Below, piece by piece: positions 37,692-51,084 of a stretch of DNA of 64,000 bases (the first letter of the stretch is position 1; each line of letters starts with the position of its first letter). A program made the position numbers and the translations under genes. Below the pieces are notes generated by a model. That model did not search any database and had not been told where the DNA came from. It saw only the letters and a list, made by a program, of their open reading frames with translations. Source of the stretch: Guillardia theta CCMP2712 (lineage: Eukaryota; Protista; Cryptophyta); contig NW_005434564.1 of NCBI RefSeq assembly GCF_000315625.1, positions 163,823 to 227,822 of the forward strand, read 5' to 3'.

Positions 37692-40669
37692 TCAGTGAGG
37701 GTCCGGCACAAGGACGCTCTTCTGTACGGTGAACTCGACATAGAGGATGGGAGAAGAGGGAGGAGAGGGAGGAGGAGGAGAGAGGACAGGAGGAGGAGGA
37801 GGAGAACGCTGCTTGGCTGCCCACAGGAACTCTCCGCTGCCCGCCTGGACTCCCCCAAACGCCGTCATGCCTGGCAAGTCCGTCGAGAAGTGAACATTGG
37901 CAGTGAGGAAATCCTGAGGGGGGAGAGGAGGAGGAGGGAGGAGGGCGGAGGGAGGGAGGGATGTGTAGGGCGAGGAGGAAGAAGAGCTCCAGTCCGGCCG
38001 GGCAGGAGAGTCCTGCGCTTTTCGTGCTCGATGTTGGTCGGGAGGAGGAGGATAGGAGGCAGGAAGTTCCTGCCATCTCCCTCGTTCTTCTCTCACGGGA
38101 ACGAGACGGTCACATGGCTCCCAGCCCCTAGAGAAGAATGGTGAGGAAGAGGAGGAGGAAGGGGAGGAGGAGACAGAGGAGAGGAGGAAGGGGAGGAGGA
38201 GACAGAGGAGAGTACGAAGGAGAGGGAAGAGGTGAGCAGAAGGAGGCGATGGAGAGGGAGAAGGAGGAGGAGACGACTAAGCGGTCGGGGATGACAATCA
38301 CCTTGAGGTACCAAACTGGGAGACCCACTGGACTCTGCCGTTCTATACAAGAAGAAATTAGGAGGAGGGGAGAGATAAACGATCAAGTTTGAAGACGAGA
38401 TGGTGGTGTAGAGGAGGAGGAGGAGGAGAAGAAGCAGCAGCAGCAGCAGCAGCAGCAGCAGGTAATGGGGGTCATGTTGACCTGGATTGCGGCATCTCGG
38501 GAGGAGAAGACCCCCTTGACACGCCATGAGGAAGTGACCTGAGGAACGTCAGTCGAAAGAAGAAAGAGGGGGAGGGAGAAGGGCAGGAGGAAACACAGGA
38601 GCACTGGAGTAGCAGCAGAAACAGCAGCAGCACTGGAGGATAGGAGGAGGGGGAAGGAAGATGGAAGAGGAGGGGAAGGGAGAAGGGGAGAGGGGAGAGG
38701 GGAGGAACAGGAGGAAGAGGAGGAAGAGGAGGGCTTTCGTCTAACCGCATGCTGTCTGATCCATTCACAGGCAGTTGAGAGGGTCATTCGAGTCTCCAGC
38801 AGGACCCAGCACGAGCCTTGCTGGGACTGATGCTCCGAGGAGGAGGATACAGCCGCTGCGGCGTGCTCGGGTACGAAACGAGAGAGGAAGGGAGACGAAG
38901 GAAGGAGAGAGACTTGAGCGGCAGGAGGAGGAGGAAGCTTCTCAGTCTCGGGAGGAAGAGCTGCTTCGTCCCATGCCCCCCACGCCATCTGGTGGCTCTC
39001 CTGCGAGCTTCGCATGGCAGTGACGCCCGTGCGACACTTGACCTGGTCAAGCCGATGAGAAATGAGAGAAGGGAAGGAGGAGATAGGACGAGAGGATGGG
39101 GTACTGGAGAGAAGAGGCAGTGGAATACTGGCCACGAACATTCTGAGCAGCAGCAGCACCAGCAGCAGCAGCACCACCACCACCACCACCACCACCAGCA
39201 GCAGCAGCACCGGCAGGAGTAACAAACCTTGAGATGTCCCACTCTTCCACACAGGCTGCACCTCTCAGTCCTCTTGGGACAATCCTGCAGCCAAAGTATA
39301 AGGAAGAGAATTAGCATGAGCAGGAGATAGAGGAGGAGGAGGGGAAGGGAGGATAAAAAGGAGCAGGAGCAGGAGCAGGAGCAGGAGATAGAGGAGCAGG
39401 AGATAGAGGAGCAGGAGCAGAAGGAGAGGAGCAGGAGGGGCAGGAGAGAGAGAAGGAGGAGATAGAGGAGGAGGAGAAGCAGCAGAAGGTCGACCTTCTT
39501 AGAGTGTCGAACAGAACCGCATACATGGCATTGGGGAGGAAGACTGCAGACGGCGCTAGTGTGTCTGCATCTGCCGTGAGCGAGAGAGGAGAGGGAGGAG
39601 GAAGAAGTACCCCTGCTTGCCGCAGTTGTCGCAGAACCGGATCCAGGAGGAGGAGGAGGAGGAGGACTTTGCTTCAACTCCTCGCCCTCCACTGGAACGG
39701 CTTGCCCGTCCTGGAATGAGAGGTAAGGACAGGAGGCGACGGAGCAGAAGGAGCAGAAGGTCAAGGAAAGGAAGAGAATGAGGAGGAGGAGGGGGAGGAA
39801 GAGGGGGAAAGGAAGAGAATGAGGAGGAGGAGGGGGAGGAAGAGGGGAAGAAGAGGGAGAAGGAGGAGGAGGAGGGGAAGGAGGGAGGGGGAGGAGGGAG
39901 AAGGAGGAGGAGGAGGGGGAAGAGGAGGGGGAGGAGGAGGGGAAGAGGAGGGGAGGAGGAGGGGGAAGAGGAGGGGGAGGGAGAGGGAGAGGGAGGAGGA
40001 GGAGGTGAAAGTTGGTACAAAACTCACCTCGTAAAGGTGCCACGCCGTGCTCAAGAGTTAGCTGTAAAGTCGTAGAGGAGGGCGTGAGAGGAAGACAAAA
40101 GAAAGGATGGAGAGATGAGGAGGACGAAGAGCAGCGTGTGCCGAGAACAGGGAGAGAGGAGAGAGGAGAGAGGAAGGAGGAAGGCACGGACCTGATCTGT
40201 CGCTTCTTGTGCTGCAGCAGGAAGCGTCTTTCCGCTTGCTTCCGCCTGCCCCACTGCTGCTGCTGTCGCGTGCAGAGACGAGGAGAGAAAAGATGCCTCC
40301 TGCTCTGCCACGAGCCGGATGTCCTTTCCTCCCGGCCGGTTGCGAAGCTCAAAGATCTGAAGAGAATCTCAGGGGAGGGGGAGGAATGAACCAGGGGAAG
40401 AGAGTGTGTGAAGAGGAAGGGGAGGAGGCGTGAATGGGCAGAGCGGGAGGCACGTGTGGCGCAGGAGGAGGGAGAGAGGGGAAGAACCGCATGAGTGAAG
40501 CAGCAGGGGGAGGAGCAGAGTGAGGAGCAGGATGAGCAGGAGCAAGAGGACGGAGAGAAGGAGCAGGGGCAGGAGCAGGGGCAGGAGCAGGAGCAGGGGC
40601 AGGAGCAGGAGCAGGGGCAGGAGCAGGAGCAGGGGCAGGAGCAGGAGCAGGGGCAGGAGCAGCAGCTAC

Positions 40670-40703
<34 letters not shown>

Positions 40704-41117
40704 AGAGCAGGGGCAGGAGCAGGGGCAGGGGCAGGAGCAGGAGCAGGAGCAGGAGCAGGGGCAGGGGCAGGAGCAGGAGCAGGAGCAGGAGGAACTTTCA
40801 GGACCTCCGGGTGCTTCGAGAGGAAGTTGGCGAGCTTGCCGTGCTTGGTTCTTATCTCTGCCATCAGCCGCTGCCATTCCTCGGGCCCAACGTCGCGGCT
40901 GCCCCAGCTGCAGGTCGGTCAGAGCTGGAGATGGAGCTGAGAATCTCTTGCCGGAGAGACACCCCGACCACGGAGGGCTTGCGCTGCATCATGTGAGCTG
41001 CCTGCTGGCTGAGTCAGTCGGGAGTATGGCAGACAGATGGGATGAGCAAGATGAAGGAGAGGGGACGAGAAAGTGGACGAAGATGGCGATGCGAAGAGGA
41101 AGAGGAAGGAGAGCAGG

Positions 41118-41157
<40 letters not shown>

Positions 41158-42824
41158 GACCTTTGGCATGTTGGTGATGTCCACCCAGTCCTTCCCCTCC
41201 GAGCTCTTGAGGTGACGCAGAAGCGCCTTGATCAGCTCGATCACCTGCTCCTCCGGCGTCTTCACCCCTCCTTGCGCCACCATCGGGGAGCCGGAAGGGG
41301 GGTGCCTTCCCAGCTGCCCGTAACCCCCCGCGAACAGCTGGGGGGAGGCGAGCTGGGGGTTGTGCTGGGCAGCAGGTGGGGCGGGAGCCTCGGTCTCATC
41401 GTGCCGCAGGCGGACGCAGAAGTTGTTCTCGAAGGTGTCGAGGGCGAAGGTGGAGGGGAAGCGGGAGATGAAGTTCGTTAGCTTCTCCCTCCAGCTGCCC
41501 TTCTTGAGCTTCTTGTTGAGCTTCTGCAGGGAGACGCCCGAGCCCTTGACGATGGCGGAGCAGGCCTCGTTGATCTGCCTGGGGGTGGTGATGTCCACCC
41601 ACTCCCTCCCCCTCAGGAAGTCCTGCAGCGCCCTGACGATCTTGCGGTCTAGCTCGGACTCTTGCTCGTGCCCTCCTGCTCCTCCTCCTGCTGGTGCTCC
41701 GGCGGTCTCTCCTCCGGCCGCCGCTCCTCCAGCCTCGACGACTTCTCCTATCCCTCCCGTCACAGCAGGCGAACAAACTCCTGACATCCTTCCTTCGGCT
41801 CCTCCTCCTCCTCCTCCTCCTCCTGATCGTCCTGCCGCTTCGCCAGGCCCTCCGCTCCTCCCGTAGATTCTTCTCCCCATGAAGAACTTCGACTGAACGT
41901 CAGGAGGTGACAGAGGACCGGCCTGCGACGAGGCCCCCTGGTAAGCTGGCAAGGTCACTAGGGCGGGCCAACCCTGTTGTCCACCCGCATGAAGCCACGG
42001 GGCAGGAGGAGGAGGGTCAATTGAGTGAGACACTCGAGCCTCCTCGGCATAGGGAGGGGGCTGAACGTGCTTGGGGTCCTGACTCATTGACGAGAGGCAG
42101 GGGACAAGGAGGTCAGAGGCATGGCAGGCGGCAGGGGGTAGTTGGAGCCTCTTCGAGGGAAGCTCCGCCCTGTACGCCCCCTCAAACCTGAGCAAAGACA
42201 GGGTCGCACATCCCTCCTCCACCTTGCAGTCGCTCTCGCCCTCTCCTCCTCGTCCCTCCTCCTTGCCCGTCAAGAAGCCTGCTCCGATCTCGCTTTCGGA
42301 TCCAATATGATTTGCAACTCCCGGCGTAAAACAGGTCAACCCGTCCTATCCTTGCAGATCCGACCGATCGATCTCAACAGGCCCACACAAGAAACCCTGT
42401 CGTCTTGAGTGGAAAGAATCCGTGACTTGGATAAGGCGCCACCGTCTCGCTGTCGATGATAGAGTTTGAGGTGTTCGGGACCTTCGTGAAAGAATCACGC
42501 AACAAGACCAAGAAGAAGACTCTTGTCAGTGTCAGACTGTTCTGAGTACCATCTCGACGTCTTCGTTTCTCTTCAACATGATCTCCGATATGGTCTCTGA
42601 TGTTTCAGAGTTTCTCCCTCCCCTCCCAGCCCTCCCAACAATCCCACGAAAACCTCGAAGGCAACGCTCCAGGAGCTAGACAGGATGAGCCGGACACTCC
42701 AGGGGCGCAACAGGCAAGTCGAGGAGCCTGGTGACGGGGGCTTGTGCAGGAGGAGGGAGAGACGGGAACTGCTCTGCTCTCCTTCCTCCTCCTCCTACGC
42801 GCTTCTGACGGCTCCTTGCGCCAT
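37692..42824 (-). CDS. Putative RNA-binding protein: two LOTUS/OST-HTH-like repeats plus three Cys/His zinc knuckles, multi-exon
   Basis: Repeated unit WVDIT...KL(T/A)NF(I/L)S(R/K)(F/H)P..F.L......(V/I)RL. Knuckles CDNCGKQG|HTSAVC, CHVCGSVRHSKK|DC and CSLCGRVGHLK|VKC (CX2CX4HX4C across splice junctions). Ends approximate. Confidence 0.65.
40559..40792. repeat. (GAGCAG/GGGCAG)n compound hexamer tract, intronic
   Basis: Directly visible. Confidence 0.9.
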
Positions 42825-43697
42825 GGCGGGCAAGAATCCTGTCATATTCCCACCCTAAAAATATTTTTGGAGTATAAACAAGTATGAGCAATACAACCAC
42901 GGTATAAGGGAGGAATAGTATCACTACCCCCTTGAAAAACATTAAATAAGGGGGTACTTGCTCTGAGTGTCAAGGCTTCTGTTATACATTCTTATACATT
43001 CTTTACACAGTTTCTGGGGCAGCGATTTTCTTCTCCTAATGATCTGGCTAATCTGAATGAATAGAACGAAGATGTCTTCAATATGTGAGTATTGTACAAC
43101 CCCGAGGCGCACTTGTGAAAAAATATTGAGTAATATTTTATTACGGGTCAGGTATCGGGTATGAGGGGTATGAATCAAAACGGCTCATTCCCCGGTCACG
43201 GCGCACAGTGACAGGCTGCCGGCTCCGTCGGATCGCACTCAGCGGCCATGATGAATCGGCGGCCGGGCCGGCGCCGCCGGGGGCCCGGGCCCGGCGGGGG
43301 AGCCTGCCAGTGGGCCACCGGCGTGGCCCAGGAGGGCCCCGCCGCGCCGGGGAGTGGCCCGAGGGGGCTATCTCCGAGCCCGGACCGAGGTGGCGCGCCG
43401 CGCCCTCAGCCTGGCAGAGGATGAGGCTCTCTCCGGGCCGGGGCCCCTCCAGAGGCTCTAGCCGCAGCCTCAGCGAGTCACGGAGGTCCCAAGGATACGT
43501 GACTAGCCTCGGATGATAACCGTCGAGCCTCAGCCTGGCCGCCGGGAGCCGCCGCCCGCCGCCCCCCCGCGACCGGGCCGGGGCCCCCGCCCGGTCAACC
43601 TGCGGTCCGAGTCACTGTGCCGCGGTCGCCGATACGCCGGATGAAGAACGTGTTACGCACGAGACAATGTTGCATGGTCCGCCAATTACACCAGTCA

Positions 43698-44026
43698 TGT
43701 TCTAATTACAAAGAACACAGGAACGAAGTTAAGATGCAGATTACAAACCATCACATGTACTCAGTATCTGTTGCTAAACTTCAGAGCAACCGACGTCCAC
43801 ACACCTCAGCTCGAATTGGTGCTTCTCAGAACCGTCGTGATGGTATCAGACGTACTCCGAGTCAGGCTCCCCAGGCAGGCGGTATCCATTTGTGTTGCTG
43901 AATCTTGCTGAAACTGACATCATTTGAAACAGACACTTCTGGTACAATTCCTTAATTTAGAACGGTGTTTCTGCCAAAACATTCAGAACTGTGTCTGATG
44001 ATTTCAAATCTTAGGGGCACAATGAT
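43698..44026 (+). repeat. Dispersed repeat family B, most intact copy
   Basis: First part aligns to 2641-2899, second part to 4650-4826. Confidence 0.85.
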
Positions 44027-44180
44027 ATATCAATCCGAGTGATTCAGCCCGGGCCGCATGAAAGTTCAGACGGTAGCTCAGTCACTCGGAGAAGGTCACG
44101 AGCAGAAGAAAAGAATATTTCTCCTTTAATCAATTCACGCGTCCCAGTGACTCCTGCCGTCTTGCTCACCGTCTCCTCCC

Positions 44181-47100
44181 TCACCCTCGTTTCACGCTCT
44201 GCCTCTTGTTCGCCTCCACAACCTTCTTCCCCTTCCCCGTCTTGGACGAACTGGCCACCCCCTTAGACACAAGCTTCCCAGAGTTCTTCTTAGTCAGCTG
44301 CCCCTTGCCGTTAGCAACTCCCTCCTTCTTCTTCTTCTTGGCCTCTGCATCTTGCTCTCCACCCCCGCTCCCTGCCCCGAGCTCAAACTCCATGATGTCC
44401 TCTCCCGACCTGCGGCATGACGGTCAGCTCGCCAGCAGCGGGCCCGGCGGCATCACTCACGCTCTCTTAATCTCAGGATGCAGCAGCTCCAACTCGTTCA
44501 GCGCCGCGTCCAGCCGGACCCTGGAAGGATCGTACATCTCCAGTATCGCCTGCCCTTCAGTCATGGCACGACCAGTCGGTCAGGACCATTGTCACCTCGC
44601 AGAACAGCCTCCCCATGTCCAGGTAGTCCTCGAGCTGCATTCCAGCATTAGCGGCTCACAATAGGCAGCTGGGCGTTACGTTGAAGTGGATCGGAGGGCG
44701 GACAGAAGGATCCTCGCCGAAGTCTCCGCCGCCTTTACAACCGAAGTGAAGGAGGGCAGGAGCAAGAGCAGTGAGGAGAAAGAGGAGGAGGGAGGAGGAG
44801 GGAGGAGGAGGAGGAGGAGGAGGAGGAGAGAGTAAAGAGAGCAGGAGCAGGAGGGTCAGAGGCCTCGTACCGAGAGACATCTCCAGCGTGTAGCTGTTAG
44901 GGATGGCAAATTCCCGCCAGACTACAACTCTGCTCAAAATATCAGGAAGTAGGGAGAGGGGCAGTAAGGAAAAGAGAAGGAGAAAAGGAGAGGGGAACAG
45001 AAGGGAGGGTGGGAACGGAACATTGTGGGAAAAGACAAAATCAGGAGGAACCTTGCCGCTGACTCCTTGTATTTCTGGACTTTGAAGTTGCAGTCGTCGT
45101 AGCTGAACATGAGGCTCTCGTTGTGCAGGAGGTAGGGGAAGACCTGGACGAGCGACGAGGTTATGAGAGGAGGGAGGAGAGAAAGAGATGAGAGGAACGA
45201 GGGAGCTGATGAGACCAAGACGACAAGGAAGACACAGAAAGTCACGGAGAGTCTCTCACCCTCTCCTTGAGACGCAACGCTGTTTGCTTCGATGTGCACC
45301 CGTACATGAACATGTTACATTTCCGTGAATGACCTGCACGGAAGCAGGGTCAGCTGAGGTGAGCTGAGGTGAGGTCGGGGATTCACCATGAATATCGCAG
45401 AAGATGGCGACGTCGCGAGCGGCTTCACGCTGAGTCAGCGCGACTGATATCTAAGTCAACCGCCTCACCTTTGGTGTATCGGATGATCTGCTTGAACGAG
45501 TGCACCGTCGGATGGAGCACTGAGCAGGTCGCGTCAGATGGAAGGGAACAAGAAGGGGAGAGCAACGAGGGGAGGGAAGGGGAGGAGAGGAGGGAGGGAG
45601 GGAGGGAGGGAGGGAGGGAGGGAGGGAGGGGCACTGCTCAACTGACCTCGACAAGGGTTCTGCCACTGGCGGTTCAAATCATGTCCTGACAAGGAACAGC
45701 TGCGGAGATAGAGTTAGGATGCAGTGAGGCAACGAGAGCGACTGACCGATACTGCCCGTTGATCACACCATCGGGGTTGAGCATGGGAACGACTTTGAAG
45801 ATGAAGTTCTCCCGCAAGATCCGCGCGCGGGCACAGGAGCCGCACAGGAACTCAAGGAAGCTTGCAAGTACATGTCAGGCACATCGGCCTCGAGGAGAAG
45901 TAGCTCACCCGTGCATAGTCCAGGACGCACAAGTCTCGCCAGGATGGACCCGGGCGGATACACTGCAAGGATGATAAATGAGAGAGGGGAGGACAGGACA
46001 GAGTCTTGGGACCAGATGGCTCGACGACGGGAAATAACCTCAGGCGGGCTCATGAAGTTCGTGATGGTCAGCATGGGGCACTTGTTTCCAATCTGAGAGG
46101 GCAGGAGAAGTCATTGAAGAGCGCCACAGTGACGAGGAAAGGAGGAGAGCAAGAGGGGAGGAGAGCGGGAGAGCAGGAGAGCAGAAGGAAAAGAGGAAAG
46201 GAGAGCAGCAGGAGAAGAGGGGAGGAGAAGGGAGGATGGGTTGGGAGGAGAGTGCAAGTGCAAGAGAAGAATAGGATGAAGGGAAGCAGTGAAGTTACCA
46301 GAGTGTCGCACATCGTCGAGACCTTGACGATGCGAGAAGCGTTGGGTCGAGCCAGCAGCTCGGCAATGAGATGAGACAAGTCGGTATAGCTGTTAACAAA
46401 TGCCAGTCAAACCTTCCGAAGGGGAGAGCAAGCATGACGAACCTGTACGGATAACAATGCGCCAGGTAGCAGACATCGTTGCCGTGGGGGAAGACAAGGG
46501 TAAAGGTCAGCGTGTAGTAGGACTGCCCAGTCTCTGTCTCGTAATGGTTCTCGTAGTATGCTATCCTCTCCCCCACTCGCCTCCACCCAACGCCCCTGCA
46601 ACGTGGCGTCAAGATCGCCAGCAGAGCATCGCAGGCCTACCTTGAAGCCTCGGTAACTGAGAAGAGCGATGGGCGCATGCCGACGTTACACAAGGAGTCG
46701 GGCTGAGGCAGAGCCACAAGGTCAGGCAGGGGGCGAGAGAAAACAAACTATGAGGAAGACCTTGACGAAGTTGACGATGTTCAGCTTGTACTCTACACCG
46801 GCTTCCATGTTGGTCACAGCGAAGTAGTACCACTACAGAAGCCTTTCATGTCGCGTCATCCGCCACCAAGAGTCATTACCTGCGTGTTGCCGCCACTCTG
46901 AGAGGCCTTGGTGTTGATGTCCGGCATCAGGTACAAGTCGTACTCGTACTCGTGCACCTGATCACGAGGCTTCAGTCCCTTCCTTGCGACTCATCGCAGC
47001 CAGACCTGTATGACTCGTCCGAGGTTTCCGCCTTCGAACCTGGAGTCAAACAAGAGAGTCTTCGAGTTGATCTCAGATGTCACGGACTGAGGATGCTTCC

Positions 47101-49600
47101 CACTCGCCTTCTCCCCCACCATCTCCCTGGGCATGTCGTTGAGCCGCTCCATCTCACCCTGTCCTCTCTCCAAGTTGTCGCTGCAGGACTTGCTCCTTCG
47201 TGTGCCCATCACTTCTGCTCTCGCGGATTCGAGCTCAGCCAGGTCACTCATTGAAGAAAAGTTTGAGTCCAGGTCATCTTTCGAGGTCGACCTTGACATC
47301 GTTCCTAGAGCGTCTGAGGGGGAGGGAAGGTTCGAAGGGCCGGCACTCGCGATCTCTGCTCCGGCAAGCATCTTCTCTTGCTCCACAGGACTCTCCAACT
47401 TGACATCCACAAGCTCCTCGGCCACTACATGCTCATCCTCCATGGCTGCGGGGTCCAGACCTGCAGGGTCCTCAATCTCCAGGCCGGCCAAGTCAAGCAG
47501 CTCCTCAGGAGTGTCGGTATCATCAGGGTCAAGGATGTCGTCGTCGTCGCCATCGCACTCGACATCCTGCTCGATCTCCTCGTCACTCACGTCCGAGACC
47601 GTGTCACGTTGCGTCCGGGAGAGGTTAGCGGAGCGATTGACTCGTGGAAGGGTCGAGGAGCTCCACTCGTTGGCGATCGCATTCATGTCTAGGTCGTCTT
47701 CATTCCTGGCATCGACAGGATCCAGCATCGCCATCTCGTTCTCGAGCCCGTCAGGATCCACTTCGCCCTTGGGAGCTGCTGACGTCGCTTTCACCGCAGT
47801 CATCTCAAGCTCCGTGTCGTCGATCTCATCAAAACCGTTGCCATTGTCGTACTTGCCATCCGGTGAGCCCTTGTACCCTGACACGATGTGGCGAGCAAGG
47901 TCAAACAACTTCTCGCACGGAGCATCAGGAAAATGCAAGCTGTAAACGAGTCTGTCCAGTGTTGGACGAGTTTTGAGCCAGCGCGCCACATTCAGCAGCA
48001 TCACTTCGGCGAGCACATCAGGGCCCGGCGGAAGAAACGGCTCTCGAGAGTTGCTTGCGATGCTGCGGGAGAGCGCAACAGAGACCCCAGCATTCTTCAA
48101 CATGGGCCGGACACCGCTGACAGCCGGGGGAAGACCTCTTCGCGGCAAGGCCTCTGCATGCACGTCGTCGAGATACTTGATAGTATCAGGATTGTTCTCT
48201 GCATTCTCTGGAAAACAAAGGTCGTAGTTGAAGGTGTCGTCTACGACAGTCTTGTTCAGCAACTGTTTCGCCTCGGAAAATTCCCCCAGCACCTCAGATG
48301 TTAGCACCGTCCTTTGTAAACGATTGAGAACCATGTACGAACTCTTGAAAAGTTCTTGGGAGTCTGAATATCTACCTATCACGACAAACATAGCATCAAT
48401 ACCGCCGGCCCTCTTTAAGTTGTCCATATATCTCTGTAGCATATTCTCAGTAATATCTTCTGAGACATGCCTCCTGACTATACATAACAAAAATTCTGTT
48501 GCAACCGCAACAAAACGCTTGTTGCCCACACGGGCATAGATAGCATTGACAACTGATTGCATTACTTGCAGAGTTCCTACGAAAGGAAGGGTTCCATCTG
48601 AGGACTTGGCCATGCAGATCATCAGTTGTACTCCCATGATCGCAGCTTCCATGTTTTCGGCACCGAAATACTTCGTCTCTTTGTCACTCAGTACTTGAAC
48701 CACAAGTTGCACTCCCCCAGTCTTGGCCACTGCAACTGAATTTTGAGGGCTGGTGGTCAAGGAACAGAGGCATGTAAACCCCGCTTTCTGGAAAGAAATG
48801 CGCTTGATGTGCGAAGCCAGGAGAGAGACTATGGGAGGAAGACCCCCTTCCAGTCTGATGATGATGGCCACCCCTTTCAAACACTTGCAGAGGGTCGTGA
48901 GCGTCTCAAGGACTGCAAGCGAGACGGACTCATCCGAGGATCTAGATCTGATCAGCCCTAGGATTGCCTTGATCATCGGGGCCGCTGTCTTGCTTCCAGC
49001 CGCGATGAACTTGGGCGTCTTGGCATAATGTGACGTGCGTCGAAGGGCCTTGACAATATCATCGGAGCTCGCATCCGAATCCACGAGGCAGGCTGCTTCT
49101 GACATCAGCTCTGATGAGTTTGTCTTTCGTGTTGGCACTACAACCCTCACTACGAGGGGGGCTCCACTGTTCACAGCGGCCCCTGAAGAAGAATTGCCTA
49201 TGAAACAAGTCAAGCATCAGGTCAGATCTTTGCTGTTGCAGACAAGTCCGATTGAAAAGTACCTGTGTTGAATTGTCTGCCTGACATGGTCAGTCAAGCA
49301 AAGCAGATGCTTCAGACTTCTGGTCTCCGCCAAGTGCACAACGCAAGCACATGAAATAATCGGTTCATGCTCTGCTCACACAACCATTAGCACTGTGGGT
49401 AAGCAGACATGAACTTCTTCACGAAAGCAGAACTTACGTTCAAGAATTCTGCCTCGATACTTCAAGTATACTTGATTGAATTGAAGTCACGTTGACAGAT
49501 CGAAGTAAGAACGTTCATTCCCACTGCAGTGCAAAGGATATATCAATCCTACTGCATATACACTTTTGCAGTAGGACGAAGGGATTGAGAGTTGCTTGTC
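44181..49600 (-). CDS. Cytosolic carboxypeptidase (M14D, CCP1/AGTPBP1-AGBL1 type; tubulin deglutamylase) with ARM-like N-terminus
   Basis: [97 protein letters not shown]. The 5' start is uncertain. Confidence 0.93.
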
Positions 49601-50644
49601 GTCAAAGGAAAAAGGGGCGCGCAGACAAGAGGTGCTTAGCAAAACTTTGATGAATGAGGAAATAATTTCGATCACGAGGAGGAGGAGGACAGTGAGTTGT
49701 GTGATCAGGTGTTGAAAACATCAGGCTGGAACGACTCAGAAGCAACCAGACGACAAAGATGAAATCTCAGCAGGGGTGGGCTCCAGATTGGGGAAGGGTG
49801 CAGAGCAAAGTAGGTAGGAATGAATGGTCAGGAGGGGACAGAACAAGGATGGAAAGGATGCAGGGAGGAAAGGGTGGTGGGGATAATAGAAGGAAACACG
49901 ACAAGGGGACGAAAGGAGAGGGAGTTGGACAGCAATGGTGAACATGAAGGGAAGGTTGAAGAGGTAAGAACGGGATGAAGGAGGAGGAGGAGGAGGAGGA
50001 GAGGAGGAGGAGGAGAGAGTGAGGGCGAGTGTGGAGGGACATTCGCCTGCCTGTGGCCGCTATCTTGAAGTTAGCATTGGCGGGTCGGCTGCAGGTGGTC
50101 GTTTGAGTGGGGTGGTAACGGAAATAGGGGTACAATCGGTGATGGGTGGGGTATGGGGTGGTGATGTAAGAGGAAGGAAAGTCATATTGGTGGGTATTTA
50201 TATAGTCTTAGTGATCTATATTTGATGGTAGGGTAGTAAAATGTATGGTAGGGTATAGCATGTGAGAGGTGGTGGTATTACCAGTATCTATTGTTGTGGA
50301 ATACATAGGGTGGGTGTGGTGAGAAAATCCCTCATCCCCCCTCATGCCAAGCCTTCATCACTGAGCACTGCTCAGACCGTACTGAGCATCATCCTCACCC
50401 TGAGCATCATCACTGTCGGTCAGTGATCATCAGCAGCATCAGATCATGGGCCCTAGTCACGTCACTGATGAGTCCCCCAGATCATCCGGCATGATCGGTG
50501 ATCCCGGAGCCTCGGAGTCCCCAGCATCATCCGATCATGAGGGCCGGCGCAGCCAACTCGGATCATCCGCCTAAGTTCCGAGTTGACCTTGCCCGGACTC
50601 CGTTATGACCGGAGCTGGGTGCATCCCGCCGGTATGCGTCTCAT

Positions 50645-50921
50645 TCCTTCGGCGACGGCCACAGCGCGGCGATATCGCTGGCATGGCGCGGGGGAATTGT
50701 CCTGCCAGTGCGCACCGGCAGTCAGTAAGTGAAGGCATCAGTTAAGTTTGGGGGACAGCAGTTGGCCGGGCAGGAATACTGATAGGTTTCAAGTTCTCGC
50801 TGTCTTTTCTCGGAAGTTCCCGCCGTTTGGCCAGTGCGACAGTTGTCAGGGTCAATCCTCCTCTACTCTCCTGATGATTGTCCTCGTACTGATTTTTAAC
50901 TTGACTTAACTTTGAGTAAAG
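50645..50921 (+). repeat. Repeat family A, copy 1 of a tandem pair
   Basis: Aligns with 51085-51379 (gaattgtcc, aagtgaagg.atcagttaagtttgggggacagcagt, gttctcgctgtcttttctc, tgtcagggtc, attgtcctcgtactgattttt, acttaactttgagtaaag). Confidence 0.9.
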
Positions 50922-51084
50922 AGCCAGGAAGATTTTCAAAGTCACTAAGTTCGTCAGCCGCGCCCGGAGCCGCCGCGGCTGGGCCGCCCGGCGCCCCCCC
51001 GGGCCGCGGTCATCCGGGAGAGTCCGGCGCGGGTGCTTCACTGACTCCCGTCACCCGTGCCACGTGACCGTGCCGCTGGCGGCC

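Noticed and set aside
38784-41481. 697-aa (-) Cys/Pro-rich ORF and 328-aa (+) Gln/Glu ORF
   Set aside because: Read-through of SSR-filled introns; the real coding exons are short pieces of the minus-strand gene.
50090-50340. Interstitial telomere repeats
   Set aside because: TAGGG words are not arranged as tandem TTAGGG/TTTAGGG arrays.
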